Positions 31,741 to 41,743 of a stretch of DNA of 64,000 nucleotides are shown here, piece after piece. The notes below the pieces were generated by a model, which was not told where the DNA came from, did no database searches, and was given only the letters and a program-made list of their open reading frames with translations. Position numbers and translations under genes: made by a program. The DNA is from Desulfatiglandales bacterium (GTDB lineage: Bacteria > Desulfobacterota > DSM-4660 > Desulfatiglandales > Desulfatiglandaceae), in contig OY762721.1 of assembly GCA_963666345.1 (NCBI GenBank), positions 3,936,001 to 4,000,000 of the forward strand, in the 5' to 3' direction. Each line of letters opens with the position of its first letter. Within the stretch, counting starts at the first letter, position 1.

Positions 31741-34700
31741 CTATCTCATCTCATATCTTTTCAGTTTTTCATGGGATTTTCTCAATCTCGCGCTCAATAC
31801 ACGGCATATGTGAAGGGCGATCTGAGGATATTCCTTTACGATTTCCTCAAATTCACGTTTGTGAAGAAAAAGGAATCTGCATTCACTCAGGGTACGGATA
31901 GTGGCGGATCTTACCGTGTTTTCAATGAGTGCCATTTCTCCAAAATAGTCACCTGCCGTTATATGATCGAGTTCAAGCGTTTCCTTTTCCCCCCAGTCCT
32001 TGAGAACCGCAACCTCACCTTCTATTACAAGGTACATGTCTTCGCCCTGTTCACCTTCTCTTATAACTGTCTCCTCTTTTGGATAAACGATATCTTCGGT
32101 TACGGAAGCCACCGCCGCCAGTTCATTCACAGAGAGTCCCTGGAATATATCGATTCTTTTGAGATAAAGAACCTTGTCCGGAATACTCGTTTGATTTTCC
32201 ATAGGTATCCCCCTGTCCAATGGGTCGTTGCCGTGGCCTGCTATCAGGTTTTCGGCCAGAAACCGCACGTGAGTGTTTTTGTTATCCGAGAGATTATTGA
32301 TGATTTCCCAGTCAATTTTCCCCGGGCCTTTTTCCTGAATAATAGAGAGGGTTATCAAAAGCGTTACCCAGTCTTCCGTTTTAAGAAGGTGTGAAAAAAT
32401 TGCGTCTCCGCCCGGTGCAAAACCGGGGATCTTGAAATATTTCCTGCCTGTTTCAAGACTGCCGGCTGCCGGCTGATCCTCCAGCAGGGGCATCATGATT
32501 CTTGAAAGGGATGAGTCAATCAGGTCGTCCAGGGCCTCCAGGCCGTTTGATCTGATGCGCGAGTTGGAGGAGGTAATACCTCGCCATATTATCCTCATCT
32601 TTCCTGATTTATCCTTTGCCGCCAGGCACCTGAGCACGTTATCAATGTAAAGGGATTTTCTCTGGCCGATATGCTCAATGAGCATCCTTGTTTTGCTGTC
32701 CCCGGGAAGCCTTCGAAGGGCCTCCTGTTCTGCCAGACAGTTGTAGCTTTTTTCCACCTGCATGCGGGCGAAACGGAAGATATCCAGGTCCTTTATATTG
32801 AGGGAAAGGAGAATGTCATAGATCCCGTCCCTTACGATTTTTCTGGGAATAATAAGGGATTCCACAAGAATCTGGGGATCCTGGAAAGGTGCGTCCTGGA
32901 TCTTTTCTTTTGCAAGGTTCCTGATCGCCCGGGAATTATCTCCCAGCATTTCGATGCCGATTGAAAGGTCATTTTTGTTCGTGATTTCAAAGGAATTGAG
33001 CGCCGCTTTCCGGATCGGCTCAGAGGGGTGTTTGAGGTAACCGAGGGCAAGATCGTTGAGGTTTTCGCTTCCCAGCAGCTTAAGTGATTCGAAAAGGCGA
33101 ATCAGGACCTCTCTGTTTTCCGGACCGGCCTTGAGCAACTCCTCGAGCCTTGGAGTGAATGATGCGTCGCCGGAACCACCTGCCGCAATGATTCCTCCCG
33201 TCCTCTCATCTTCTTTTTGAGATTCAAGCCATGATTCGATCACCTGTCTGAAATCATCAGGTCTGCTGCGGTAAAGAGCTGTGAGTGCGTATGCCCTTAC
33301 TTCAGGAGATGCGCTTTTTTCAAATACCTGCCGGTTGAAGGCAGGGGAATTTTCAGGGGAAACACGATTCGCCGTCTTGATTATGGCGGCCATGATCTCG
33401 GGATTGTTGAAATCGGTAAACTCTTTTAATACCTCAAAGGTTTCTTCTCCCGCCTTATCCGAAATCATGCCTATGAGAGCCGCCCTGGTTTTGACGTCCT
33501 GTTTTTGGAGCAGGGGCAGAATCCGGGAATCCAGATCCTTGAACTTGAGTGATTTGAGGAGCCCCGCATACCACAGGGTGTCTTCTCCCTGCGAATTCCG
33601 AAGTTCCTCAACCAGCTGAAGCCGCGTCTGCCTGTCATTGAAAACAGGCGCGATATCTTCCTTTTCAATCGATTTGAGATCCAGCATATTCTTTGATATC
33701 AGCTCCGAAACAACCCCCGCATATCCCCTCTTGAGTGAAATGGTCGCGATCATCCAGGCCGTTACGAATACAACCGCCACCAGAGAAAGGTACCTGGGAT
33801 GAATGAATCCCTCTGAGACGATTATGAAACCCGAGCCCGCGAGAATCCCGACCCTGACAACCGTACCCCTTAAAAAGGGAAAGATAACCGCCCGGTACGA
33901 TTTTGGAAATACACCCATAAGTATGGCCCTTGCCGGGTTGTTAATGGTGGTCCTCAGTACGTTGGTGGATATCCTGGCGTACATCGCGGAGAAGACATCA
34001 AAACGGAGCAGAAACGCCATAAATGCAATGATATAGTTGAAGGGGTGAAACATGAGGGCCAGGGGTAGTCCGAATCTGCCGTATATCCTTCCCACGAAAA
34101 GTAGAATGATCAGGCTTATGATATTCAGCACCCCCCTGAAATAGCCGAAAAAGATTATCATGCCTCCTTCGCTGGCAAAGGTCTGGTCAATGGCAAAGTT
34201 GAACTGATAGTTCATTATCGGTATCACCACGTTCGGCATCAGGGTGATGACTATAAGTATCTTGATTAATTTGGACTCCCTGATAAGGGGAACGACTTTC
34301 TTCAGTTCCTCAAGGGATGAAAACCGGGTTTTCTTATCCGCCCTCTTTGTGGAAATGAGCAGCGTCGGAAAAAGGACCCCCATCCTCCTGACGGCAAGGG
34401 CGCCCAGTACGCTTATTACCAGATAGACAATCATGAGATTGTCCATGCTGATCAATCCTGCCAGAAACGGCGTGGCAAAGCTGCCCACAACCCCTCCCAG
34501 GACCCCTCCCGCCGTTATCAGTGGGAACAGCCTTTTTGATTGCCTTGTATTGAAGAGGTCGTTTGCGAGATTCCAGAATAGAAGGGCCAGCAGGACCTCG
34601 TACTGCGCCTTTAATATGAACAGAAGGGGGTAGAGCAGATCTATGCCCAAGGGGATGACAAATCGCAGGAATGCGATTGAGCCCCCGAAAACAAAGAGCA

Positions 34701-34959
34701 TATGCATCATGAGCCTGGTGCCGGAAACCCTGGCCATGATTCCGGTCATAAAACCCATTATAATAAAGGTGGTAATCGAATTTACCATATAGACTATGGG
34801 CAGGTATTCAACCCCGTATCTTTTAAGGAAGGCGGTTTCGGCGAAATTATTGAAAAGTATGTTTGCGTTTCGAATCAGAAAAAGAAGCAGTGTCGCCCAC
34901 AAGAAAAGGGAGATTTCATCCTCATAAACCTTGAACCATCTGCCCAAAGCTTTTGTCAT
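31741..34959 (-). CDS. NTT/Npt (MFS-fold) transporter fused to HEAT repeats and a C-terminal cNMP-binding domain
   Basis: About 12 TMs with FWNLANDLF..RQSKRLFPLI; helical repeats; cNMP motif YFGEMALI..VRSAT. Confidence 0.88.
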   Translation of the reverse strand: MTKALGRWFKVYEDEISLFLWATLLLFLIRNANILFNNFAETAFLKRYGVEYLPIVYMVNSITTFIIMGFMTGIMARVSGTRLMMHMLFVFGGSIAFLRFVIPLGIDLLYPLLFILKAQYEVLLALLFWNLANDLFNTRQSKRLFPLITAGGVLGGVVGSFATPFLAGLISMDNLMIVYLVISVLGALAVRRMGVLFPTLLISTKRADKKTRFSSLEELKKVVPLIRESKLIKILIVITLMPNVVIPIMNYQFNFAIDQTFASEGGMIIFFGYFRGVLNIISLIILLFVGRIYGRFGLPLALMFHPFNYIIAFMAFLLRFDVFSAMYARISTNVLRTTINNPARAILMGVFPKSYRAVIFPFLRGTVVRVGILAGSGFIIVSEGFIHPRYLSLVAVVFVTAWMIATISLKRGYAGVVSELISKNMLDLKSIEKEDIAPVFNDRQTRLQLVEELRNSQGEDTLWYAGLLKSLKFKDLDSRILPLLQKQDVKTRAALIGMISDKAGEETFEVLKEFTDFNNPEIMAAIIKTANRVSPENSPAFNRQVFEKSASPEVRAYALTALYRSRPDDFRQVIESWLESQKEDERTGGIIAAGGSGDASFTPRLEELLKAGPENREVLIRLFESLKLLGSENLNDLALGYLKHPSEPIRKAALNSFEITNKNDLSIGIEMLGDNSRAIRNLAKEKIQDAPFQDPQILVESLIIPRKIVRDGIYDILLSLNIKDLDIFRFARMQVEKSYNCLAEQEALRRLPGDSKTRMLIEHIGQRKSLYIDNVLRCLAAKDKSGKMRIIWRGITSSNSRIRSNGLEALDDLIDSSLSRIMMPLLEDQPAAGSLETGRKYFKIPGFAPGGDAIFSHLLKTEDWVTLLITLSIIQEKGPGKIDWEIINNLSDNKNTHVRFLAENLIAGHGNDPLDRGIPMENQTSIPDKVLYLKRIDIFQGLSVNELAAVASVTEDIVYPKEETVIREGEQGEDMYLVIEGEVAVLKDWGEKETLELDHITAGDYFGEMALIENTVRSATIRTLSECRFLFLHKREFEEIVKEYPQIALHICRVLSARLRKSHEKLKRYEMR

Positions 34960-35110
34960 AAGAGCTCCCTGAAATTAAATCCAAATGGACGGTTTTTGCC
35001 TGAAATTCTCCGGATCGCACTGTGAAATCCTTCAGTGTCAATTTCCAGGGGCGACGGCAAAGCCCCTCAATGCATTCGTTATATCATGGAAAACCCATGT
35101 CCGATCCTTA

Positions 35111-36574
35111 TTAAAGCACTTTGTAGAGTTCTATTTCCTCGCTTTTCCCTTTTATCGAAGTCTTGCCCAGACCGACCAGGTTTAATCCTCCTGCCTTTAA
35201 AAGCTCTTTCGTGGCGGAGCTTATGAGTATGTCCGTGCCGTACCTCTTGTTCAGGTCCTGTATCCTGGATGCGAGATTCACCGGGTCTCCCACCATGGCG
35301 TAAACGAGGCGTTCGGGACTTCCCACACTGCCTGCAAGAACAACGCCCGTGTGTATCCCTATGCCGTGCCTTATAGGCTCTTCTCCCAGACTGCGCCTTT
35401 TGTCGTTGAGCGACTCCAGTCGTTCGCGCATTTCAAGCGCCGCCTGGACCGCCTTGTCCGCGTGATCGGGTTCTTCAATGGGGGCCCCGAAAACCGCCTC
35501 TATTTCGTCTCCGATGTACTGGAGCACGATGCCGTTGTGTCCCCTTATGGTATGTTCCATTTCCGAAAAATAGTCATTGAGGAACTTTACCACCTCCTTT
35601 GGATCTCTTTTCTCTACAAAAGGTGTGTATCCTCTGAGGTCGCAGAAGAGGATGGTCGCCTCATTCAATTCCCCTTCGGTGGATATCTCACCCCTGAGTA
35701 TCTTGGTGCTTATCTCAGGAGTCACGTATTTACCGAATGTCAGTTCACAGTACTCCTTGTCTTTGAGCCCTTCTATCATGTCGTTTGTCTTTGAGGCTAT
35801 GATGCTGAATTCATCGCTGCTCACGACCGGGATCTGCATGTCGTAATTGCCCATGCTCACCTTTTCAAGGGCGTTCATGTGGACCTGAAGGACACGCTTC
35901 AGATTGGATGAGTAACGGCCGAGTATTACCGAAGTGACCGACAAAAGGACGACAAGGGTAAAAATGACCTCCTTGAATATTCCGGAATAGATGGCGGTGT
36001 TAAGGGCGTGTTTGTTTTTGAGAAGATAGTTTATGTCGTTTATTATCAGAAGTATTATTACAGCGCCCATTACCGTGAGCATGGTGAAAAGAAGAAAGAG
36101 CATCTTCCTGCTTACCGATAAGGAATTCTTAGGCATGATAATCTTGTCAAAGCTGATTGATTCAAGTTTGACTATGATTTCCTTTTCCGCGGAAAGAAGG
36201 CTCAACATACCTCCGAAAAGCCCGAAGGACAGGCATGCCACAATTATACTGACTCCGGTTGTAACGGGGGCCCCGTAAAATATGATATAAAGGGCGCTCA
36301 GTAATATGCCGATCGAAAACCACGCAGATAAGTCGAGGATAAATTCCTTCCACGGAAGGCGGTAAATCGAGCTGTCCGTGTGGCTCTCTTCACGCAGGAG
36401 TCTCAATGCCTTTATGTGAAGGCGGAATCTAAAGGGAACAACGAGAAACAGTACTATCATTAAATTTATGGAGACCTTTATATACCCGAGGCCGTGTATA
36501 AAGGGTCAGACCTGCGCTCCATAAACAATGAGCATGAGGGAAAAGAAAACATAGGTCAAAACAAGGGAAATCAT
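35111..36574 (-). CDS. Membrane class III adenylate/guanylate cyclase with HAMP; in-frame TGA at codon 23 (candidate selenocysteine)
   Basis: LFCDLRGYT, YIGDEI, GIGIHTG, GDPVNLASR; upstream ATG 36574 with RBS AAAGGAG is in frame through TGA 36508-36506 with ORF 35111..36460. Confidence 0.8.
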
Positions 36575-36641
36575 AGCCGGCTTCTCCTTTTCTGCAGAGG
36601 CGTCCAACGCCACCCCGCCCTGACATGAAACAACCCGATTG

Positions 36642-37424
36642 TTATTTTCCGGTGAACACCGGTTTTCGTTTTTCCAGAAACGCTGCGGCGCCTTCTCTCT
36701 GATCATCGGTACCGGTGAGTGAGCACCAGAGGTCTGATTCAAGTCTCAGACCTTGCTCGACCGGCATGCTGAATCCTCTATGCACCGCCTCTTTTGCCGC
36801 CCTTAAGGCAAGTACAGGCTTTTGAGCCAGTATCCCGGCGGTTTTCATCGCTTCGTCCATTAGATCTTCCATGGGCACGACCTTGTTCACAAGACCGATC
36901 GCCTTTGCCTCTTGCGCGTCAAGAAACCGGCCCGTATAGATCATCTCCTTTGCGATACCCTCCCCGACAAGCCTTGAAAGCCTCTGAGTGCCCCCTGAAC
37001 CGGGGATGATCCCCAGATTTATCTCGGGCTGACCAAGTTTGGCGTGAGAGGCCGCGATCCTGATATCACAGCACATCGCCAATTCAAGTCCCCCTCCCAG
37101 ACAGAATCCGTTTATCGCGCAGATTACGGGCCTTTCGAAATTTTCTATCCTGAGCTGCCTCAATCTCCAGCTCTTGAGCCTGAGCCTTGCGCTTTCACGG
37201 GTGATATCGGTGAAGACCCTGATGTCGGCCCCCGCGATAAATGCCTTTTCTCCCGCACCGGTAAGGATAACCACCTTTATTTCATCCTTTTTCTCGTCAA
37301 GTTCGTCAAATACCCGGGCTATGTCGTCTCTTACATCTTCGGCAAGGGTATTCATGGGGGGGTTGTTAATCTCTACGACCGCTATCGAGCCCTCTGTTCG
37401 GTATGTTACCTTTCCGTCGACCAT
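36642..37424 (-). CDS. Enoyl-CoA hydratase/crotonase family protein
   Basis: AFIAGADI, GGGLELAMCCDIR, QPEINLGIIPG. Confidence 0.93.
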   Translation of the reverse strand: MVDGKVTYRTEGSIAVVEINNPPMNTLAEDVRDDIARVFDELDEKKDEIKVVILTGAGEKAFIAGADIRVFTDITRESARLRLKSWRLRQLRIENFERPVICAINGFCLGGGLELAMCCDIRIAASHAKLGQPEINLGIIPGSGGTQRLSRLVGEGIAKEMIYTGRFLDAQEAKAIGLVNKVVPMEDLMDEAMKTAGILAQKPVLALRAAKEAVHRGFSMPVEQGLRLESDLWCSLTGTDDQREGAAAFLEKRKPVFTGK

Positions 37425-37552
37425 TGTTTCCGCTCCCTGATTATTTTATGTGGCTTAATCGAACATCCATTAATAGTTGGGGCAAACCGGATCAAGTCGC
37501 CCGCAGGCAGACTCTAGCACGGCGAATAAGAATCCTCGAACAGACCGGTATC

Positions 37553-38680
37553 CTACTCGCATAGTTTTTTTTCAATCATATCGATAAGGTCCTTTCGACC
37601 TATATGCTTAAGCGGTTGGATCAGCTCCCTGTAAAAGGGCTCCCTGTGCCTGATCGTTATCTTAAATGCCTCGAAATGTTCGGGAGTGACGTCATTTTCG
37701 GCAAATGCGCCGCATCTATCAAGTGCGCCTATGGCCAGAAGACCTGTCATGGTGCGGACGCATTTTTCGCATTTTCCGCAGTTGAGCCTGTCCGGGACAT
37801 TTGCCAGACAGACCCTCAGATTCTGAAGCGCCTCGTCCCATCCGGCGACGATTCTGAGCTTCTCAAGCCTTGAAAGGGACAGGTCTCTGTGTATGATCCT
37901 AAGTTCATAACTGGAGTATTCCGGGTCGATAAGGGGATGAGAGCCGCAGGGAGAAAGATTGGGGATATCATAGGAGGAGGCGACGTAGACCCTTTCAAGT
38001 ATCGAATCAAAGCAATGGGCAACGGAGGCCAGGACCGCGCCGAAAAAATCATTCTGCCAGAACTCCCTTTCATCGCAAAGGTGCCTTATGTTGGTGTAGA
38101 CCGGTATCAGTCTCGTGCCGGCGTTTTCGGAAATCTTCTTGAGGGCCTTTTTGGCCCTTTCAAAGACGTGGTATTTGGTCCCCCTTTTTTTTACACCCCC
38201 GATATCAAAACCATGAACAAAGAGACAGTCCCTTGTCACTCCGGGATGCCGGTCGGGATAATTTAGTTTGTTCGTCCTTAATGATGCAAGGGAGTCGATT
38301 CCCCCTGAAAGAAATATTCCGGCATGCCTTTTGGCCGTTGCTTCCCTGCTAGGCTTTTCGCGGATTTTGCATTCTATGTTAATAGGACCGTACGCGCTGC
38401 CGTTCCAGTGCCTGATTACCGCCACAACGGTTTCAAGCCCCTCTTTCAGGGCCGGACAGATTCGGCCTTCAATCGAAATTCTTTTCTCTCCCAGCCTGAG
38501 TGCGGGAAGGATACACCCTATAAGAAAACTGTGTGGGTTCAGGGATATATCTTTTTCAAACTCTTTTTCAGTCTCTATAAACACTTCCTGACCGGCTTGT
38601 TCACAGTCTTCCCATTCAACCCTGGCCGATGCCCTGATTCCGGTTTCATTTTTTGTTAGACTCAGGTCCGATATCCGCAA
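37553..38680 (-). CDS. PP-loop (N-type ATP pyrophosphatase-like) protein with C-terminal Cys cluster
   Basis: FLSGGIDS, HGFDI, RVC..NCGKCEKCVRT. Confidence 0.7.
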   Translation of the reverse strand: MRISDLSLTKNETGIRASARVEWEDCEQAGQEVFIETEKEFEKDISLNPHSFLIGCILPALRLGEKRISIEGRICPALKEGLETVVAVIRHWNGSAYGPINIECKIREKPSREATAKRHAGIFLSGGIDSLASLRTNKLNYPDRHPGVTRDCLFVHGFDIGGVKKRGTKYHVFERAKKALKKISENAGTRLIPVYTNIRHLCDEREFWQNDFFGAVLASVAHCFDSILERVYVASSYDIPNLSPCGSHPLIDPEYSSYELRIIHRDLSLSRLEKLRIVAGWDEALQNLRVCLANVPDRLNCGKCEKCVRTMTGLLAIGALDRCGAFAENDVTPEHFEAFKITIRHREPFYRELIQPLKHIGRKDLIDMIEKKLCE

Positions 38681-38769
38681 CGGTATCTCCTTTTACTAAT
38701 AACGAGGTCCCTGTCAGCAGGCTGAAGGGCGGTTAGGTGAAGGCCGATAAAAAACCGGGGCCTATCGAT

Positions 38770-39681
38770 TCAAGCGGTCTTTGCAGTGCCTCTTTTATTT
38801 AAATAACACAGGTGTACATGATCTATTATCATGCCTGCGATGTCCATGCCTGTGGCGGCTTCAAGGCCTTTAAAGCCGGGAGAATAATTTACCTCCACCA
38901 CACGGCTTTTACCGTTTCCATCGACGATCATATCGATTCCGGCTATGTCGAGTCCGATCACCGAGGCGGCCTTGACGGCAATTCGAGAGAGTTGCGGGCC
39001 GATTTCAATCCCTTTGCTCATGCCTGAAAGGTGGTAATTGGCACGGAAATCGCCCTGTTTCGGTTTTAACTCCATCGATGCAACCGCTTTATCTCCCAGG
39101 ACAAAGACCCTTATGTCCTTTCTGCCTTGGGGCGGAATAAATTTTTGCAGAAGGATGCCTTTGTTGATATCGAGATGATTTGTGGCTATATCACGGCAGT
39201 CCTTCCTTGATCGGACAAGCATTATTCCCTGCCCCTGTCTGCCGCTCACCTGTTTTGCCACAAAGGGGTAGCCGCCGATATGATCGGCCGCTTTCATGAG
39301 CACGTCTTCCGAGTTCGCCAGCATCGTGTCCGGGACCGGAATCCCGGCACCGGCAAGACTTTGAAGCGTGAGATATTGATTTCTGGAAACAAGAACCGCT
39401 TCAAAGTCGTTGGCCGATGGGATTCCCATTAGAATCAGATGACGAAGCAGGGCCAGGCATGAATCCCTTACCTGTGCGCCCTGGCGGGGCACTATGATAT
39501 CAGGCCTGCCTTTTTCAAGGTCACCGAAAAGGGTGTGATCGCCCTTAATAAGCCCCGACCAGGCCGTGTACGGATTTATCAGTATGGCGCCGTGTCCTCG
39601 CTCGCGCGCGGCTGCCGACAACCGCATATTCGGGTGGTAGCCGGCGTTTCTTGCTGAAATTATTCCGATAGATATTCCCAT
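38770..39681 (-). CDS. RimK-family ATP-grasp ligase
   Basis: GRQGQG, DIRVFV, DFRANYH, AGIDMI, EVNYSPG. Confidence 0.9.
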   Translation of the reverse strand: MGISIGIISARNAGYHPNMRLSAAARERGHGAILINPYTAWSGLIKGDHTLFGDLEKGRPDIIVPRQGAQVRDSCLALLRHLILMGIPSANDFEAVLVSRNQYLTLQSLAGAGIPVPDTMLANSEDVLMKAADHIGGYPFVAKQVSGRQGQGIMLVRSRKDCRDIATNHLDINKGILLQKFIPPQGRKDIRVFVLGDKAVASMELKPKQGDFRANYHLSGMSKGIEIGPQLSRIAVKAASVIGLDIAGIDMIVDGNGKSRVVEVNYSPGFKGLEAATGMDIAGMIIDHVHLCYLNKRGTAKTA

Positions 39682-39760
39682 GAGGTTCCTGGCTTGGTTA
39701 TATCAGGAAATGTGCCGGGTGCCAAAGAAATTTCTTGGTCCGTAAAAGGTGATCCCGTTA

Positions 39761-41743
39761 TCAATCATTGAGCATCCAGCGCGGTATCCATACCCCGACA
39801 TCCTTGCCGAGTCGCTCGCTGTAATAGACGGCCACGTTCTTTGTCCCGGTCCGTCGCGCAATCTCCTGCGCCACGAGATTGTCCGAGCTGATGGTGGAAT
39901 AAAGCCTTTTTTCGCCCACCCTTTCGGTAAGGCCTTTTACCAGAACGCTTCCGATTCCAAGGCCCCTGTATTGCGGTCTTGCGGAGTTATAGCCCCGTTC
40001 GACAAAATCGCCCAGGTCGATCCCGGTCTTGCCTTTCATATATTCGATAAATTCCCGCCTCGGGTTCTTGAGGCTGACAGTGCCTGCTATGGCTCCCTTT
40101 TCCATGGCAAAACCTATGAGATATGCCCTTTCAAGATTATGTCTTATCCACTTTGCGCCTACCGCGCCTCCCGCCTCAACCAGAAGGCATATCTGTTCAA
40201 ACGATTGAGGTGATAAATCTTCCGGTTTTTTATAGTGGTAAGTAATGCCTTCGCCTATGGTATCGATTGAAGTGCCTGATTCATCGATCCTCCAGCGCAT
40301 GACCTTCTTTGTGCCGCTCCTGTTTATATGAACGAGCAGGTGAAAGATGTCCATGCATCCCCTCCAGAACGGATAACCGGGCAGAGGCGTTACCTTGCCG
40401 TATGGAGGCTCTTCTGATTCGATATGATGTAATGTCCGGCCGGACTTTGTATCGGAGGAATCCACCGTTGCCCAGGAGTGACAGTAATGAGGATTATTTG
40501 AGGCGTAATTCAAAAGACCCTGCAGCAGTTCCGGGTTCGCCTTTTCATATGTTACCAAGTGATTCCAGATTCCGCATTTTGAGGCGGACCACAGAGTCTT
40601 TGTCAGGGATCCCGGGCCGCTCGCAGGCATGTCCATGGGCGCGTGCCACTTGATGAGTCTTACCCCGGAGCTGAAAAGGGCGGAAAGGACGTCTTTGCCG
40701 GGCTTATATTCAAGCGGGGATTCGACGGCAATGCAGAAAGGTTGACACTGGCCCGAAAGTCCGGTTGCGCATGAGGGCCGTATGGCCTTATGGATGTTCA
40801 GGATATCTTTTATATCGCTGATTTTTTTATCAGCACCCGGTTCGGAAATCAGACTATCGAGGAATTTTCCGCGTGAACCGCCCATGCCGGCCTCGATAAC
40901 CTTTTCAGGACAGAGATAGCCCCCCGCCGGCAGCCCCCTTGTCTTCTTGTAATAATTGACGGGTCGTTTTTTGAAACCAAGTTTTTCCAGCAGGACTGAC
41001 AGCGCCCTCTCATCATTTGGCGGGACAAGGCTTCCTGAAAACCCCACTGCCTTTTCCAGGAGCGCCGGATCACCCATAAGGGCGATGTGACATGCAAATC
41101 CCCTTTTGCGGCATATGCCGGACAGGGTAAGGGAAGCGGGGATCTGGCTTTGGGCGGATATATCGAGGATCAAAAGGTCTGATTTGCCGATGCCGGATAA
41201 ATCCATGCCTTTTTCAAAAAAATCGATAAACGGGTTTTTCTCCGGATTTTGGACAAGATCGGCAAGTCCTTTCGGTTCAAAGATGTCGGGGCTTGAAAAT
41301 CCGTTCCAATGGATGCGGGAAGGATAAAAGGCAAGGGAAAGATCATCACAAAGTGATTCTATCTCTGAGGCCTTTGTAATATACGAAGAAGGTTCGTAAA
41401 AATCCTGACTTTTGAAGAAATCAAGGTCTCTTCCTGCCTGAACAATCCTTTGCTTAAACTTTTCCCCGGATTCTAATACCTCAAATACCCTTGTCCTTGT
41501 TTTATCATCCCTTTTTTCAAATACACCTGATTTATCTTTTTCTTTTATCAGCCCTGTTATCCGTTCGAACCTTTTGGAATCAAAGAGATGGTTTTTGAAA
41601 AAATCGATACCCGCGTCGTATCTTTCCGTTGTGAGGCCCTCTTGATCGAATATCCGGAGCGATTCACCAATCGGAGGGGGTGCGGACGGATTTATCAGGG
41701 GAGGATATATTATCAGGATTCTGAAAAGGTTTTTTTTATTCAT
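39761..41743 (-). CDS. Degenerate B12-binding radical-SAM-like scaffold fused to a C-terminal GNAT acetyltransferase
   Basis: IIYPP, NPFIDFF, DISAQSQ..LTL, GIWNH; no CxxxCxxC; GNAT motif A RPQYRGLGIG. Confidence 0.65.
   Translation of the reverse strand: MNKKNLFRILIIYPPLINPSAPPPIGESLRIFDQEGLTTERYDAGIDFFKNHLFDSKRFERITGLIKEKDKSGVFEKRDDKTRTRVFEVLESGEKFKQRIVQAGRDLDFFKSQDFYEPSSYITKASEIESLCDDLSLAFYPSRIHWNGFSSPDIFEPKGLADLVQNPEKNPFIDFFEKGMDLSGIGKSDLLILDISAQSQIPASLTLSGICRKRGFACHIALMGDPALLEKAVGFSGSLVPPNDERALSVLLEKLGFKKRPVNYYKKTRGLPAGGYLCPEKVIEAGMGGSRGKFLDSLISEPGADKKISDIKDILNIHKAIRPSCATGLSGQCQPFCIAVESPLEYKPGKDVLSALFSSGVRLIKWHAPMDMPASGPGSLTKTLWSASKCGIWNHLVTYEKANPELLQGLLNYASNNPHYCHSWATVDSSDTKSGRTLHHIESEEPPYGKVTPLPGYPFWRGCMDIFHLLVHINRSGTKKVMRWRIDESGTSIDTIGEGITYHYKKPEDLSPQSFEQICLLVEAGGAVGAKWIRHNLERAYLIGFAMEKGAIAGTVSLKNPRREFIEYMKGKTGIDLGDFVERGYNSARPQYRGLGIGSVLVKGLTERVGEKRLYSTISSDNLVAQEIARRTGTKNVAVYYSERLGKDVGVWIPRWMLND

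Noticed and set aside
35047..35066. c-di-GMP-I riboswitch fragment (GGGGCGACGGCAAAGCCCC)
   Set aside because: It is on the strand opposite the downstream gene and lacks the first GAAA stem and the second stem.
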